From positions 6,101-70,100 of the forward strand of contig DCHU01000026.1 of the NCBI GenBank assembly GCA_002314915.1: a stretch of DNA of 64,000 bases, given 5' to 3'. The position numbers were made by a program, and so were the translations under genes. The DNA is from Bacillales bacterium UBA1744 (GTDB lineage: Bacteria; Bacillota_I; Bacilli_A; RFN20; CAG-826). The notes under the pieces were generated by a model. The model had not been told where the DNA came from, did no database searches, and was given only the letters and a program-made list of their open reading frames with translations. Shown here one piece after another: positions 1-10,349 of this stretch (position 1 is its first letter; each line of letters opens with the position of its first letter).

Positions 1-3000
1 GTTGTGTATTCCTTGATTTCAGGCATATCAGACTCAACTGTTGAGTTGATGTTTGACTGAACGGTGACTACATAACGTGTGCCGTCCTGGACGATCTTTG
101 TGACGTGGCCAGAGATCTCTGAGATCTTAGCTTCGCCTTTTGGATTACGAGCTTCGACAAGCTCCTGGACTCTTGGAAGACCCTGAGTAATATCAGAACC
201 TGCCATACCACCAGTGTGGAAGACTCGCATGGTTAACTGAGTACCTGGCTCACCGATTGACTGAGCAGCCATGATACCGACTGCTTCGCCGAGCTGGACG
301 AGACGGCCTGTAGCCATGTTGCGTCCATAACAGTGCTGGCAGACACCGTTCTTTGTCTGACATGTGAAGAGTGTACGGATTTCGACCTCTTTGATGCCAG
401 CCTTGACGATTGCCTTTGCTGTCTCATCAGAGATGAGCTTGTTGCCCTCGATGATGATTTCGCCAGTTTCTGGGTTAACGATGTCATGCATGGAGAATCT
501 TCCAGCAAGACGTGATTCGAGTTTTGTGATGACTGTGTCACGTGCGGTGTCGCGGATTTCACGAACCTTGAAGCCGTGGTCACAGTTACAATCGACTTCT
601 CTGACGACAACGTCCTGAGCAACGTCAACAAGTCTTCTTGTTAAGTAGCCTGAGTCTGCTGTCTTAAGAGCTGTATCAGCGGAACCCTTACGAGCACCGT
701 GAGTGTTAATGAAGAACTCTGAAACTGAGAGGCCTTCACGATAGGAGTTATGAATTGGAAGTTCGATTACTTCGTTCTTTGGGTTAGCAACGCAGCCTTT
801 CATACCGATTAACTGCATGAAGTTATCGACAGATCCACGAGCACCTGAGTCAGACATAATAACGAGAGGGTTTCTCTTATCGACGAGAAGGTATTCTGCG
901 ACAATCTTCTTGATGTCTTCTCTGACGCTGTCCCAGACCTTAACGACTGAGTCGTGTCTTTCCTTATCGGAGATGAGACCTTCGACTTCGTATAATTCGT
1001 TGATCTGGTCAACTTTTGCCTGTCCTGCGTTATAGATTGCTTCTTTCTTATCAAGTGTCTTGATGTCTGAGAGAGCGACTGTAACTGAGGAATAGGTTGA
1101 ATACTTGAAGCCCTGGTCTTTGATCTTGTCAAGGATTGCGGAAGTCTTTGCTGGCTTCATCTCTGTGTCATCTGGATCACCCATATCATATGCGTGGAAG
1201 ATGTCATCGATGATCTTGCCGAGCTGCTTCTTCTTGATTGGAGTCTTGAGTGGCTGAGCTGCGATGTATTCTGGGATGTTGACGCCCTTAGCAATGAACA
1301 TAGATGCTTCTGTGTATTTTGCAAGAACGGCATTCTTTTCGACTTTCTGGCCAGCTTTTACCTTGATATCGTAGGAAGATGGGACGACGATGAAGTCTTC
1401 TGCACCTTCAACCTTGATAGCGGTTCTGTATTCATCGAGAGACTCGACTGCCTTGATTGTTAAGTCAGCTGGAGCCTTGATGTCTTCAGAGCTTGAGTTG
1501 ATGTAGCCAAAGTCATCTGGGAAGATCTCGTTGAATAAGACCTTACCGACTGTTGTTGAGAGATAAGCGCTCTCGGTTCCTTCTGGGAAGCCTTTGCCCT
1601 TACCGAATTCTTTGTGTAATGAAGCGGTTCTGATGGCGATACGGTTGTGGAGTGAGACGATCTTGTTGTCGTAAGCAAGCTTAACTTCCTTAACGCTTGA
1701 GAAGACCTTACCTTCCATCTTTGCATATGCTTCGAACTTCTGAGCCTCTTCTTCGTTAGCTTCTGCCTCTTTTGGATCCTGGATGTTGAGAGCGCGGAGG
1801 TCACGTGCACGGTCTAAGAAGTCCTGAGCGGATTCTTCTGTTGTCATGTAGTAGTTTCCGAGAACCATGTCCTGAGAAGGAATACAGATAGGTTTTCCGT
1901 CTTTTGGACCAAGGATGTTGTTGGAAGCGAGCATTAACTTGAGAGCTTCTTCCTGTGCTTCTTTTGTAAGTGGGACGTGGATAGCCATCTGGTCACCGTC
2001 GAAGTCAGCGTTGAAACCTGTACATACGAGTGGGTGTAAACGGATTGCGTGTCCATCGACTAACTTAGGCTGGAATGCCTGGATACCGAGTCTGTGTAAT
2101 GTTGGAGCACGGTTTAAGAGCACTGGGTGGTCACCAACGATCTCTTCAACGATGTCGAGAACGATTGGTTCATATCTGTCGATGTACTTATCAGCCTGCT
2201 TGTGAGCGGAGACATAGCCTCTCTTGATTAAGAGGGAAGCGATGAATGGTCTTAAGAGGTTGACAGCCATTTCGTGTGGGATACCGCACTGGTACATCTT
2301 GAGGTCTGGTCCGACAGCGATAACTGAACGGCCTGAGTAGTCAACACGCTTACCGAGTAAGTTCTGACGGAAGCGGCCCTGCTTGCCCTTTAAGCCTGAA
2401 GATAATGACTTAAGAGGTCTGCCTGATGTGCCTGTGACAGCTTTTGTTCTACGTCCGTTGTCAATTAAAGCATCAACTGCTTCCTGAAGCATACGCTTCT
2501 CGTTTGACATGATGACGCGTGGAGCGTTCATCTGGATGAGCTTCTTTAAACGGTTGTTACGGCTGATGACTCTACGATATAAGTCGTTTAAGTCAGATGC
2601 AGCGAATCTGCCACCGTCGAGTGGAAGCATTGGACGGAGATCTGGTGGGATAACTGGAAGAACGTCGAGGATCATCCATTCTGGCTTCTGTTCGGAAACC
2701 TTGAATGCCTGGACAACTTCAAGTCTCTTAGCGAGTTTTAATCTGTTTGCAACAGATGCGTCTTTGAGTTCAGCCTGGATTGCCTTGTATTCTTCTTCAA
2801 GGTCGACTTCTGAAAGAAGTCTCTTGATGGAGGAAGCACCTTCACCGAATTCAGCGCCTGTGTATTTTCTGATGAATGCTGCGCTTGAGAAGAAGTCGAA
2901 TGAATAGGACATGTCTTTATAATGTTCCATCATTTCGTTTGCTCTCTCGAAGTCTGCGGAACCCTCTTCGATTAAACCTTCGTTGAGGATGTCCATGATA

Positions 3001-3488
3001 GCTTCACCGAAGATGACTCTAGCCTGAGCTTCGTTTAAGAAGTCCTTCTTGTGAAGAACATTTGATGTTCCTGGGTCTAAACAGACGTGAGCTGCGAAGT
3101 AGATGATTTCTTCGAGCTGTTTTGGTGACATGTTAAGGATGAGACCCATACGTGATGGGATACCCTTAAGGTACCAAATGTGTGAGCATGGGGAGACGAG
3201 GTCGATGTGACCGAATCTCTCTCTGCGCCATTCTCTTGAGATGACTTCAACGCCGCACTTTTCGCAGGTGATACCCTGGTAGCGGATCTTTTTGTATTTT
3301 CCGCAGTGGCATTCGTAGTCCTTAGAAGGGCCAAAGATCTTTTCGCAGAAGAGACCTCCAGCTTCTGGTTTCTGAGAACGGTAGTTAATGGTTTCTGGCT
3401 TTGTGACTTCGCCATGTGACCATGAACGGATTTCTTCAGGGGAGGCAAGTCCAACCTGCATCGACGCTAATTCATTGATATCGAACAT
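1..3488 (-). CDS. rpoC: DNA-directed RNA polymerase subunit beta' (partial; the C-terminal end runs off the window edge)
   Basis: The minus strand from 3488 translates to [28 protein letters not shown]...[23 protein letters not shown], a canonical beta' N-terminus with its zinc finger. There is an AGGAGG RBS upstream. The ORF is open to position 1, so it is missing from the ORF track. Confidence 0.9.
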   Translation of the reverse strand, partial: MFDINELASMQVGLASPEEIRSWSHGEVTKPETINYRSQKPEAGGLFCEKIFGPSKDYECHCGKYKKIRYQGITCEKCGVEVISREWRRERFGHIDLVSPCSHIWYLKGIPSRMGLILNMSPKQLEEIIYFAAHVCLDPGTSNVLHKKDFLNEAQARVIFGEAIMDILNEGLIEEGSADFERANEMMEHYKDMSYSFDFFSSAAFIRKYTGAEFGEGASSIKRLLSEVDLEEEYKAIQAELKDASVANRLKLAKRLEVVQAFKVSEQKPEWMILDVLPVIPPDLRPMLPLDGGRFAASDLNDLYRRVISRNNRLKKLIQMNAPRVIMSNEKRMLQEAVDALIDNGRRTKAVTGTSGRPLKSLSSGLKGKQGRFRQNLLGKRVDYSGRSVIAVGPDLKMYQCGIPHEMAVNLLRPFIASLLIKRGYVSAHKQADKYIDRYEPIVLDIVEEIVGDHPVLLNRAPTLHRLGIQAFQPKLVDGHAIRLHPLVCTGFNADFDGDQMAIHVPLTKEAQEEALKLMLASNNILGPKDGKPICIPSQDMVLGNYYMTTEESAQDFLDRARDLRALNIQDPKEAEANEEEAQKFEAYAKMEGKVFSSVKEVKLAYDNKIVSLHNRIAIRTASLHKEFGKGKGFPEGTESAYLSTTVGKVLFNEIFPDDFGYINSSSEDIKAPADLTIKAVESLDEYRTAIKVEGAEDFIVVPSSYDIKVKAGQKVEKNAVLAKYTEASMFIAKGVNIPEYIAAQPLKTPIKKKQLGKIIDDIFHAYDMGDPDDTEMKPAKTSAILDKIKDQGFKYSTYSSVTVALSDIKTLDKKEAIYNAGQAKVDQINELYEVEGLISDKERHDSVVKVWDSVREDIKKIVAEYLLVDKRNPLVIMSDSGARGSVDNFMQLIGMKGCVANPKNEVIELPIHNSYREGLSVSEFFINTHGARKGSADTALKTADSGYLTRRLVDVAQDVVVREVDCNCDHGFKVREIRDTARDTVITKLESRLAGRFSMHDIVNPETGEIIIEGNKLISDETAKAIVKAGIKEVEIRTLFTCQTKNGVCQHCYGRNMATGRLVQLGEAVGIMAAQSIGEPGTQLTMRVFHTGGMAGSDITQGLPRVQELVEARNPKGEAKISEISGHVTKIVQDGTRYVVTVQSNINSTVESDMPEIKEYT

Positions 3489-3502
3489 TGTTTCTTTCCT
3501 CC

Positions 3503-6500
3503 TTATTCTTCGTCAAATGAGCCTTTTCCGAAGGAGAGTCCTTCTTCAAGTGCCTGCTCATTCAACACTTCTCTTGTCTCTGCTGGCTCTTCTTCACCAC
3601 GTGGGTTTGTGAGAGTTCTGATTGCAGCATTGACTTTACGCTCTTCGATGAGAGCCTGTTTTGCAAGGTTATCCATGTCAATGGTGTCGCCTTCATAGTC
3701 ATAGAGGTTAACGCTTAAGCCTAAGCCCTTAAGTTCTTTCGTAAGAACTTTGAATGCTTCTGGCATACCAGCACGTGGTCCGCGTGTAGCCTTGATGATT
3801 GATTCGTATTCTTTTCTTCTACCAACACGGTCATCGGATTTGATTGTGATCATTTCCTGGAGAACGTGGGCAGCGCCGTAAGCTTCGAGTGCCCAGACTT
3901 CCATTTCACCGAATCTCTGACCACCATTCTGAGCTTTACCTCCGAGTGGCTGCTGAGTGACTAATGAGTATGGACCTGTTGCACGAGCGTGTAACTTGTC
4001 GTCGACCATGTGGACGAGTTTAATCATATACATGATACCGACGTTGATACGCTCATCGAATCTTTCGCCTGTTCTTCCATCATAGAGGACTGTCTTGCCA
4101 TCGCTTGACATTCCAGCCTTATCCATGAGGGCTTTGATTTCGTCATCGCTGATTCCATCGAATGCTGGAGTTGCAACGCGTAATGGCTGTCCGGTCATTT
4201 CTTCGATCTTGCGGCATGCAAATCCGAGGTGGACTTCGAAGATCTGACCGATGTTCATACGTGAAGGAACACCCATTGGTGAAAGCATGACATCGATTGG
4301 TGTGCCATCGCTTAAGTATGGCATATCCTGGATAGGTAAGATTCTTGAGATAACACCCTTGTTACCGTGACGTCCGGACATCTTGTCACCTTCGGAGATC
4401 TTTCTCTTCTGGACGATGTAGACACGGACTCTCTTGATAACACCTGGAGGGAGCTGATCTTTGTTTTTACGGCTGTAGACTTTGACTTTGAGGACGATAC
4501 CTGCACCGCCGTGCTGAACACGTAATGAGGAATCCTTTCCGTCTTTTGTCTTTTCGGCGAAGATAGCCATTAAGAGCTTTTCTTCTGGAGTTGGATCGAC
4601 CTGTCCTTTTGGAGTGACCTTACCAACGAGGATGTCGCCCTCTTTAACTTCTGCGCCTGGGACGATGATTCCGTCTTCGTCGAGGAATGTCTTAGCATCT
4701 TCGCCGACGTTTGGAATATCTCTTGTGAATTCTTCTGGTCCGAGCTTTGTCTCACGGCAATCGAGATCGAATGATTCGATGTGGATTGTTGTGTAGAAGT
4801 CTTCTTTCACCATGCGCTCGGACATGATGATAGCGTCTTCGTAGTTGTAACCGTTCCAGGTCATGTAAGCGATGAGTGCGTTTCTTCCTAAGGAGAGTTC
4901 GCCGTTTCTCATAGCTGGGCCATCAGCGATGACCTGACCCTTTTCGACGTGGTCGCCAACGTGGACACATGGAACCTGGTTGATGCATGTGCCGTTGTTT
5001 GAACGGGAGAATTTCTCGAGGCTGTAGATCTTTCTATCACCTTCGGCATTCATGATGACGATTGATGATGAGTCGACCTTGCAGACTGTACCTTCTTCTG
5101 AAGAGACGACTGCTAAGCCTGAGTCTTTAGCGATGATGCCTTCCATACCTGTTCCGACGAATGGGATTTCTGGACGGAGTAATGGGAGAGCCTGACGCAT
5201 CATGTTCGCACCCATGAGAGCACGAGTTGAGTCGTCGTTTGCTAAGAATGGAATACAGGATGCTGCGATAGAGACGACCTGTTTTGGAGAGACGTCGACA
5301 TAGTCAACGAGGCTCTTCTCGACACGGATGTCATCTTCGTCGTGTCTGACGATGACTTCATCAGCGAGGATTTCCTGAACTTCGAGTGTTTCGCCACCGA
5401 AGTCGACTGGGGTCTTTGGACCGAGCTCTGTGTTACAAGCGCCGATGTAGAGACCTCTTTCGTCGTCTGCTGTTAAGTAGACAGCTTCGTCTGAGACGTA
5501 GTAGTGTCCATCTTTCTCTAAGACTTTACGATATGGAGTCTGGATGAATCCGTAATTGTTGACCTTTGCGTAGGTTGAGAGGTTGGAGATAAGACCAACG
5601 TTCTGACCTTCAGGTGTTTCAATTGGACAGATACGTCCGTAGTGTGTGTAGTGAACGTCACGAACTTCCATAGAAGCACGGTCACGGGTGATACCACCAG
5701 GACCTAAAGCGGATAATCTACGCTTGTTTGTGAGTTCTGATAATGGGTTGACCTGATCCATGAACTGTGAGAGCTGACCACCAGCGAAGAATTCTCTGAT
5801 AGCGCTTGTTAATGGACGGATGTTGACTAACTGCTGTGGTTTAGCATTGGTTAAGTCAGTGATTGTCATCTTCTGCTGAACCGTTTTAGTCATCTTGGTT
5901 AAGCCGATTCTGAACTGTGTCTGGAGTAATTCGCCGACGCAGCGGATACGTCTGTTACCAAGGTGGTCGATATCGTCGGTGTCGCCGATGCCATCCATGA
6001 TGTTGAGGTAGTAGGAGAATCCAGCGACCATATCTGAGACGGTGATTCTGGAGACTGACTTTGTTCCCTCATCGTCATTTCCTGCGAGGTTGAGGTCAGT
6101 ACCGATGATGTTGACGACTCTCTCGTCTCTCTTATCGTGTGCGTGAACCTTGACGATGTTGACTAAGTAGTGTGTATCTAAGCCGGTGTTGACATCATAT
6201 TCCTTCTTGAGGTCAACTTCGTTGTTGTGTCTCTCGAAGAATTCTGCGTCGCGGAGTTCCTGGACATCGGACTTTGTTAACTGATAACCGTCGATGAACA
6301 TCTCACCATTCTTGTTGGTGAAGACTTCGCCTGTTTCGTTGTCAATTAAGTCCTCTGCGAGGATTCTTCCGACTAAGCGGTTGTAGATACCGAGCTTGTT
6401 TGTGTATTTGAAACGTCCAGCGCGGCCGAGGTCATATCTCTTGTCATCGAAGAATTTCTGGAAGAGGAATAAAACGATGCCTTCTGGTGTGACTGGTTCG

Positions 6501-7255
6501 CCTGGTTTGAGTTTCTTGAAGATTTCGATTAAAGCTTCAGTGCCATTCTTGATGCCTGAGTCCTTGGCGAGAGTGTTTCTCATTGTCTCTGTGTCGCCAA
6601 ATAATTCAAGAATCCATGATTCTTTATCGATTCCTAATGCCTTGATTAAGGTTGTGGCAGGTCTTCTAGCCTGTCTGTCGATCTTGACGAATAAGATTCC
6701 TTTTGAATCTGATTCCCACTCGAGCCATGTACCACGTGTTGGGATGATCTGGCCTGAGTATGTGTGCTCTCCTGACTTCTCGAGGATGTCATCGAAGTAA
6801 GCACCTGGAGAACGGACGATCTGTGAGACGATAACACGTTCAGCACCGTTGATGATGAATGTGCCTGCGTCTGTCATCATTGGGACTTCGCCCATGAAGA
6901 CTTCCTGTCCTTCTTTGATTTCACCTGTGCTCTTGTCTCTTAATGAAAGAGTGACTTTGAGCTTTCTTGAATAGGTGAGGTCCGCTTCTTTACAGTGAAT
7001 GATTGTGTGCTGTGGTTCTTCCAAGCGGCATGAAACATAGTCAATGAAGACTGTTTCAGAGTTGTTTGAGATTGGGAATACTTCCTTCATGACCTCATCG
7101 ATTCCGTTCTTGAGGAACCACTCATATGATTCCTTCTGGATTTCGACTAAGTATGGGAGAGGTGCGCTACCACTGATTTTAGAAAAGTTGTAACGTCCGT
7201 TGACTCCCTGAGGATAGCTGCTGACAATCTCATCAATTTCTTTGTTGTAAGACAT
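3503..7255 (-). CDS. rpoB: DNA-directed RNA polymerase subunit beta
   Basis: A 1250-aa ORF with conserved RpoB motifs across its length. It sits immediately upstream of rpoC. Confidence 0.97.
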   Translation of the reverse strand: MSYNKEIDEIVSSYPQGVNGRYNFSKISGSAPLPYLVEIQKESYEWFLKNGIDEVMKEVFPISNNSETVFIDYVSCRLEEPQHTIIHCKEADLTYSRKLKVTLSLRDKSTGEIKEGQEVFMGEVPMMTDAGTFIINGAERVIVSQIVRSPGAYFDDILEKSGEHTYSGQIIPTRGTWLEWESDSKGILFVKIDRQARRPATTLIKALGIDKESWILELFGDTETMRNTLAKDSGIKNGTEALIEIFKKLKPGEPVTPEGIVLFLFQKFFDDKRYDLGRAGRFKYTNKLGIYNRLVGRILAEDLIDNETGEVFTNKNGEMFIDGYQLTKSDVQELRDAEFFERHNNEVDLKKEYDVNTGLDTHYLVNIVKVHAHDKRDERVVNIIGTDLNLAGNDDEGTKSVSRITVSDMVAGFSYYLNIMDGIGDTDDIDHLGNRRIRCVGELLQTQFRIGLTKMTKTVQQKMTITDLTNAKPQQLVNIRPLTSAIREFFAGGQLSQFMDQVNPLSELTNKRRLSALGPGGITRDRASMEVRDVHYTHYGRICPIETPEGQNVGLISNLSTYAKVNNYGFIQTPYRKVLEKDGHYYVSDEAVYLTADDERGLYIGACNTELGPKTPVDFGGETLEVQEILADEVIVRHDEDDIRVEKSLVDYVDVSPKQVVSIAASCIPFLANDDSTRALMGANMMRQALPLLRPEIPFVGTGMEGIIAKDSGLAVVSSEEGTVCKVDSSSIVIMNAEGDRKIYSLEKFSRSNNGTCINQVPCVHVGDHVEKGQVIADGPAMRNGELSLGRNALIAYMTWNGYNYEDAIIMSERMVKEDFYTTIHIESFDLDCRETKLGPEEFTRDIPNVGEDAKTFLDEDGIIVPGAEVKEGDILVGKVTPKGQVDPTPEEKLLMAIFAEKTKDGKDSSLRVQHGGAGIVLKVKVYSRKNKDQLPPGVIKRVRVYIVQKRKISEGDKMSGRHGNKGVISRILPIQDMPYLSDGTPIDVMLSPMGVPSRMNIGQIFEVHLGFACRKIEEMTGQPLRVATPAFDGISDDEIKALMDKAGMSSDGKTVLYDGRTGERFDERINVGIMYMIKLVHMVDDKLHARATGPYSLVTQQPLGGKAQNGGQRFGEMEVWALEAYGAAHVLQEMITIKSDDRVGRRKEYESIIKATRGPRAGMPEAFKVLTKELKGLGLSVNLYDYEGDTIDMDNLAKQALIEERKVNAAIRTLTNPRGEEEPAETREVLNEQALEEGLSFGKGSFDEE

Positions 7256-7267
7256 TTGTTAGCTCCT

Positions 7268-7864
7268 TTATTTATATGCGATTATGACTTTATAGCCCTT
7301 ATGCGATTCGAGATATTCCACTTTAGAGAATAAAGAGGACAGGTGCGTATATACGCTAGGTGCGCCTTGTTGCTTTCTTATGACGATGATTAGCTTTCCG
7401 CCATCGTTGAGATGGGATTGGGCTTCGTCGTAGATGCGATAGGTGACCGCCTTGCCTGCTCGGATCGGAGGATTCGAGACTATAGTGTCAAAGGTGGAGT
7501 TTATGCTGCGGTAAACGTCGCTAGAAACGATCTCTACTCGACTTTCGACGCCAAGGTTCTTGGCATTCGTTTTTGCAAGATCGAGGGCTCGGAGGTTGAC
7601 GTCACACATGGTTACGTATCTTTCCGAGTCGAGGTGAGCAAGAATTAGTCCGATTGGTCCTACTCCACACCCAACGTCCAGAATGCTCTTTCCAAGGTCA
7701 GCCTTGGCGATGGTCTCAAGCAATAATCTAGTGCCATCATCAAGGCTCCTTTTGGAGAACACTCCTAAGTCGCTCTTTAAGTTGTATTCCTCTCCTAGAA
7801 GAGTGAATTTTATGGCGATATTTTCATGTGCCAAATCTTCATTATTTGTAAAATAATGGCTCAT
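7268..7864 (-). CDS. Class I SAM-dependent methyltransferase (YbxB/RsmC-like)
   Basis: It has the LDVGCGVGPIGL SAM-binding motif. It lies between rplL and rpoB, the position ybxB occupies in Bacillus. Confidence 0.75.
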   Translation of the reverse strand: MSHYFTNNEDLAHENIAIKFTLLGEEYNLKSDLGVFSKRSLDDGTRLLLETIAKADLGKSILDVGCGVGPIGLILAHLDSERYVTMCDVNLRALDLAKTNAKNLGVESRVEIVSSDVYRSINSTFDTIVSNPPIRAGKAVTYRIYDEAQSHLNDGGKLIIVIRKQQGAPSVYTHLSSLFSKVEYLESHKGYKVIIAYK

Positions 7865-7887
7865 AAATACCTCCCCTTAAATAGCCA

Positions 7888-7938
7888 AAACCCCCACCCT
7901 ATGGCGACGAGTGGTCATAGAGCGGGGTTTCTTTTCGA
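7888..7938 (-). terminator. Imperfect hairpin plus U-run downstream of rplL (an attenuator or terminator before rpoB)
   Basis: A GC-rich inverted repeat (CCCCGCUCUAUG...CAUAGGGUGGGGG) is followed by UUUU on the minus strand. Confidence 0.35.
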
Positions 7939-7953
7939 TTTTTAAGTAATTAA

Positions 7954-8340
7954 TTACTTAACTTCGACGTCAGCACCTGTTGCTGCGAGAGTTGCCTTGT
8001 GAGCATCTGCTTCAACTGGGCTGATCTTCTCTTTGATAGCGCATGGAGCACCATCAACGAGCTTCTTAGCATCCATTAAGCCGAGGCCTGTGATAGCCTG
8101 GACTGCTTTGATAACAGCGACCTTTGAGCCTGAGCCGATACCCTTAAGGATAAGAGAGACTTCTGTTGGTCCCTTTGCGACTGGTCCTTCGTCCTCTGCT
8201 GGAGCTGCAGCTGCTGCGACTGGAGCTGCTGCTGTGACACCGAATTCAGCTTCGACAGCCTTGACAAGAGCGGAAAGCTCGAGTGCTGTCATCTGCTTTA
8301 ATGTGTCGATGATCTGTTCGTTTGTTAATTTCTCAGCCAT
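7954..8340 (-). CDS. rplL: 50S ribosomal protein L7/L12
   Basis: 128 aa with an Ala-rich hinge. The C-terminal domain carries KVAVIKAVQAITGLGLMDAKKLVDGAP. Confidence 0.95.
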   Translation of the reverse strand: MAEKLTNEQIIDTLKQMTALELSALVKAVEAEFGVTAAAPVAAAAAPAEDEGPVAKGPTEVSLILKGIGSGSKVAVIKAVQAITGLGLMDAKKLVDGAPCAIKEKISPVEADAHKATLAATGADVEVK

Positions 8341-8357
8341 TTTAGTTTCCTCCTAAA

Positions 8358-8879
8358 TTAGTTGGCTTCTGCTGGAGCTTCAGCTCCATCAGCTTCGTCG
8401 CCACCGGCAACTGCCTTGATGGCACGCGCAAACTGCGCGACTGGTTCGTTGAGAACCATACAGAACATAGAGAGCAATGCTTCTTTTGTAGGGAGCTTTG
8501 CGACTTCCTTGAGTCCCTTCTCATCTACGACTGTTCCTTCGACTAATCCGCCACGGAGAACGAGCTTGTCGTGGTAACGTGCGAATTTGACGAGGACTGG
8601 AAGAGCTGAGCTGGTTTCCTTAGAGAAGACGAATGCGTTAGGGCCTTCAAGGTATTCCTCTAAACCAGAGATACCATTGTCCTTGAGAGCGCGGTTCACT
8701 AATGTGTTCTTGTAAACACCGAGTGTTGCATCCTTTTCTGCAAGCTTTCTACGGAGTTCAGTAAGTTCAGCGACTGTTAATCCCTGGTAAGAGACAACTG
8801 CCATTGTCTTGCTGTTCTTGAGGCCTTCGCTGATTTCAGCGACTGCGTCTTTCTTAGCTTGAAGAGCGATATTGTTCAT
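8358..8879 (-). CDS. rplJ: 50S ribosomal protein L10
   Basis: 173 aa. It follows rplA and precedes rplL. Confidence 0.93.
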   Translation of the reverse strand: MNNIALQAKKDAVAEISEGLKNSKTMAVVSYQGLTVAELTELRRKLAEKDATLGVYKNTLVNRALKDNGISGLEEYLEGPNAFVFSKETSSALPVLVKFARYHDKLVLRGGLVEGTVVDEKGLKEVAKLPTKEALLSMFCMVLNEPVAQFARAIKAVAGGDEADGAEAPAEAN

Positions 8880-9052
8880 TCTAAGTTCCTCCTTTCTTTG
8901 TCGACTATGTGAAGCTTGATATAACTGAGTGAGTTATGTGTTTGTTTTGTGAATGTGACCTCAGCAACGTGATGTATTAAGGCACTTGCCCGTTGCTATC
9001 TTAGGTATAACAAGCAATCCACCAATTTTGTTTTTACGTCCGAATTCCGGAA
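8880..9052 (-). promoter_or_regulatory. Putative L10 (rplJ) leader, an autoregulatory region
   Basis: There is a 173-nt untranslated gap between rplA and rplJ. It contains a GAATTCCGGAATT palindrome just after the rplA stop. This position is equivalent to the L10 leader in Bacillus. Confidence 0.35.
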
Positions 9053-9742
9053 TTAGTTGATTCCGTTGAATGTGACGTGAATGCCAGGGCCCATTGTGGT
9101 GTGGACGACGACATTTTTCATGAATGTTCCCTTAACTGTTGAAGGGCGTGACTTCATGATTGCATCACAGACAGCTGTTAAGTTGTCGATGATCTTTGCA
9201 TCTTCGAAGCTGCAACGTGCAACTGAGATGTTGAGGTTGCCATCTTTGTCAACACGGTAAGCGATCTTACCTTTCTTGATTTCTGTGACAGCCTGACCGA
9301 TAGCCATAGTGACTGTTCCGGTCTTTGGGTTTGGCATTAAGCCTTTAGGACCTAAGAGACGGCCCATTTTTCCGAGCTCACCCATCATGTCTGGTGTAGC
9401 GACGATGATGTCGAATCCGAACCAGTTTTCAGCCTGGATCTTCTCGAGCATTTCCTTGCCACCGACGAAGTCTGCGCCTGCAGCCTTTGCTTCTTCCTGC
9501 TTACCATTTGTGATAGCTAAGACTTTCTTTGTCTTGCCGTTTCCGTGTGGAAGAACTAATGTTCCACGAATGAGCTGGTCTGCTAATGTTGGGTTAACAT
9601 TGAGCTTGAAGCTGATGTCGATTGTTGAGTCGAACTTTGTTGTAGATGTCTTCTTGAGGAGCTGTGTTGCTTCTTCAAGTGTGTAGACCTTGCTGCTGTC
9701 GACGAGTTTAGCTGCAGCAACGTATTTCTTTGCTTTCTTCAT
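9053..9742 (-). CDS. rplA: 50S ribosomal protein L1
   Basis: 229 aa with full-length L1 similarity. Confidence 0.95.
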   Translation of the reverse strand: MKKAKKYVAAAKLVDSSKVYTLEEATQLLKKTSTTKFDSTIDISFKLNVNPTLADQLIRGTLVLPHGNGKTKKVLAITNGKQEEAKAAGADFVGGKEMLEKIQAENWFGFDIIVATPDMMGELGKMGRLLGPKGLMPNPKTGTVTMAIGQAVTEIKKGKIAYRVDKDGNLNISVARCSFEDAKIIDNLTAVCDAIMKSRPSTVKGTFMKNVVVHTTMGPGIHVTFNGIN

Positions 9743-9760
9743 TACTGATAGCCTCCCTCA

Positions 9761-10171
9761 TTAGTCCTTGATGGCGACGCCCATGTTGCGAGCTGTGCCT
9801 TCAACGATCTTCATAGCAGCCTCAACGTCGTTAGCGTTTAAGTCTGGCATCTTGTACTCAGCGATTTCCTTTAACTGAGCTTTTGTGATTGTTCCAACGA
9901 TGTTCTTTGGGTTGCCTGAACCTTTCTTGATTCCAGCAGCTTCAAGGATCAAACCAGTAACTGGTGATGTCTTGATGACGAAATCGTAGGATTTGTCTTC
10001 ATAGGCTGTGATGATGACAGGAACGACCTTGCCCTTTCTGTCGCCAGTCTTCGCGTTGAAGTCTGTGCAGAATTTAGCCATGTTGACACCCGCTGATGCG
10101 AGTTTTGGTCCTGGATGTGCGTCTCCGCCTGGGAGCTCCATCTTAAGGACTTTGACGATTCTTTTTGCCAT
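9761..10171 (-). CDS. rplK: 50S ribosomal protein L11
   Basis: 136 aa. The N-terminus reads [16 protein letters not shown]. Confidence 0.95.
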   Translation of the reverse strand: MAKRIVKVLKMELPGGDAHPGPKLASAGVNMAKFCTDFNAKTGDRKGKVVPVIITAYEDKSYDFVIKTSPVTGLILEAAGIKKGSGNPKNIVGTITKAQLKEIAEYKMPDLNANDVEAAMKIVEGTARNMGVAIKD

Positions 10172-10300
10172 GTTATGTCCTCCTTATAGACTTGCATGTT
10201 GTGGCTTACTGGATCCTCGCCAAAGGACCCTACCACTGATACGCGGTCCGAAAATCGCGCTTGGTAATAATACACATATGTATACGCAAGTGCAAACAGT
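10172..10300 (-). promoter_or_regulatory. rplK promoter (TTGCAC-17-TATTAT) and putative L11/L1 leader
   Basis: The minus strand reads TTGCACttgcgtatacatatgtgTATTAT, followed by a structured leader (GGACCGCG...GGTCC) and an AGGAGG RBS. Confidence 0.4.
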
Positions 10301-10315
10301 TTTTTTCACAAATTT

Positions 10316-10345
10316 AAAAACCGCCCAGTTTTGAGCGGTTATTTT
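10316..10345 (-). terminator. Rho-independent terminator after the metal ATPase gene
   Basis: The minus strand reads CCGCUCAAAACUGGGCGG followed by UUUUU. Confidence 0.65.
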
Positions 10346-10349
10346 AGAA

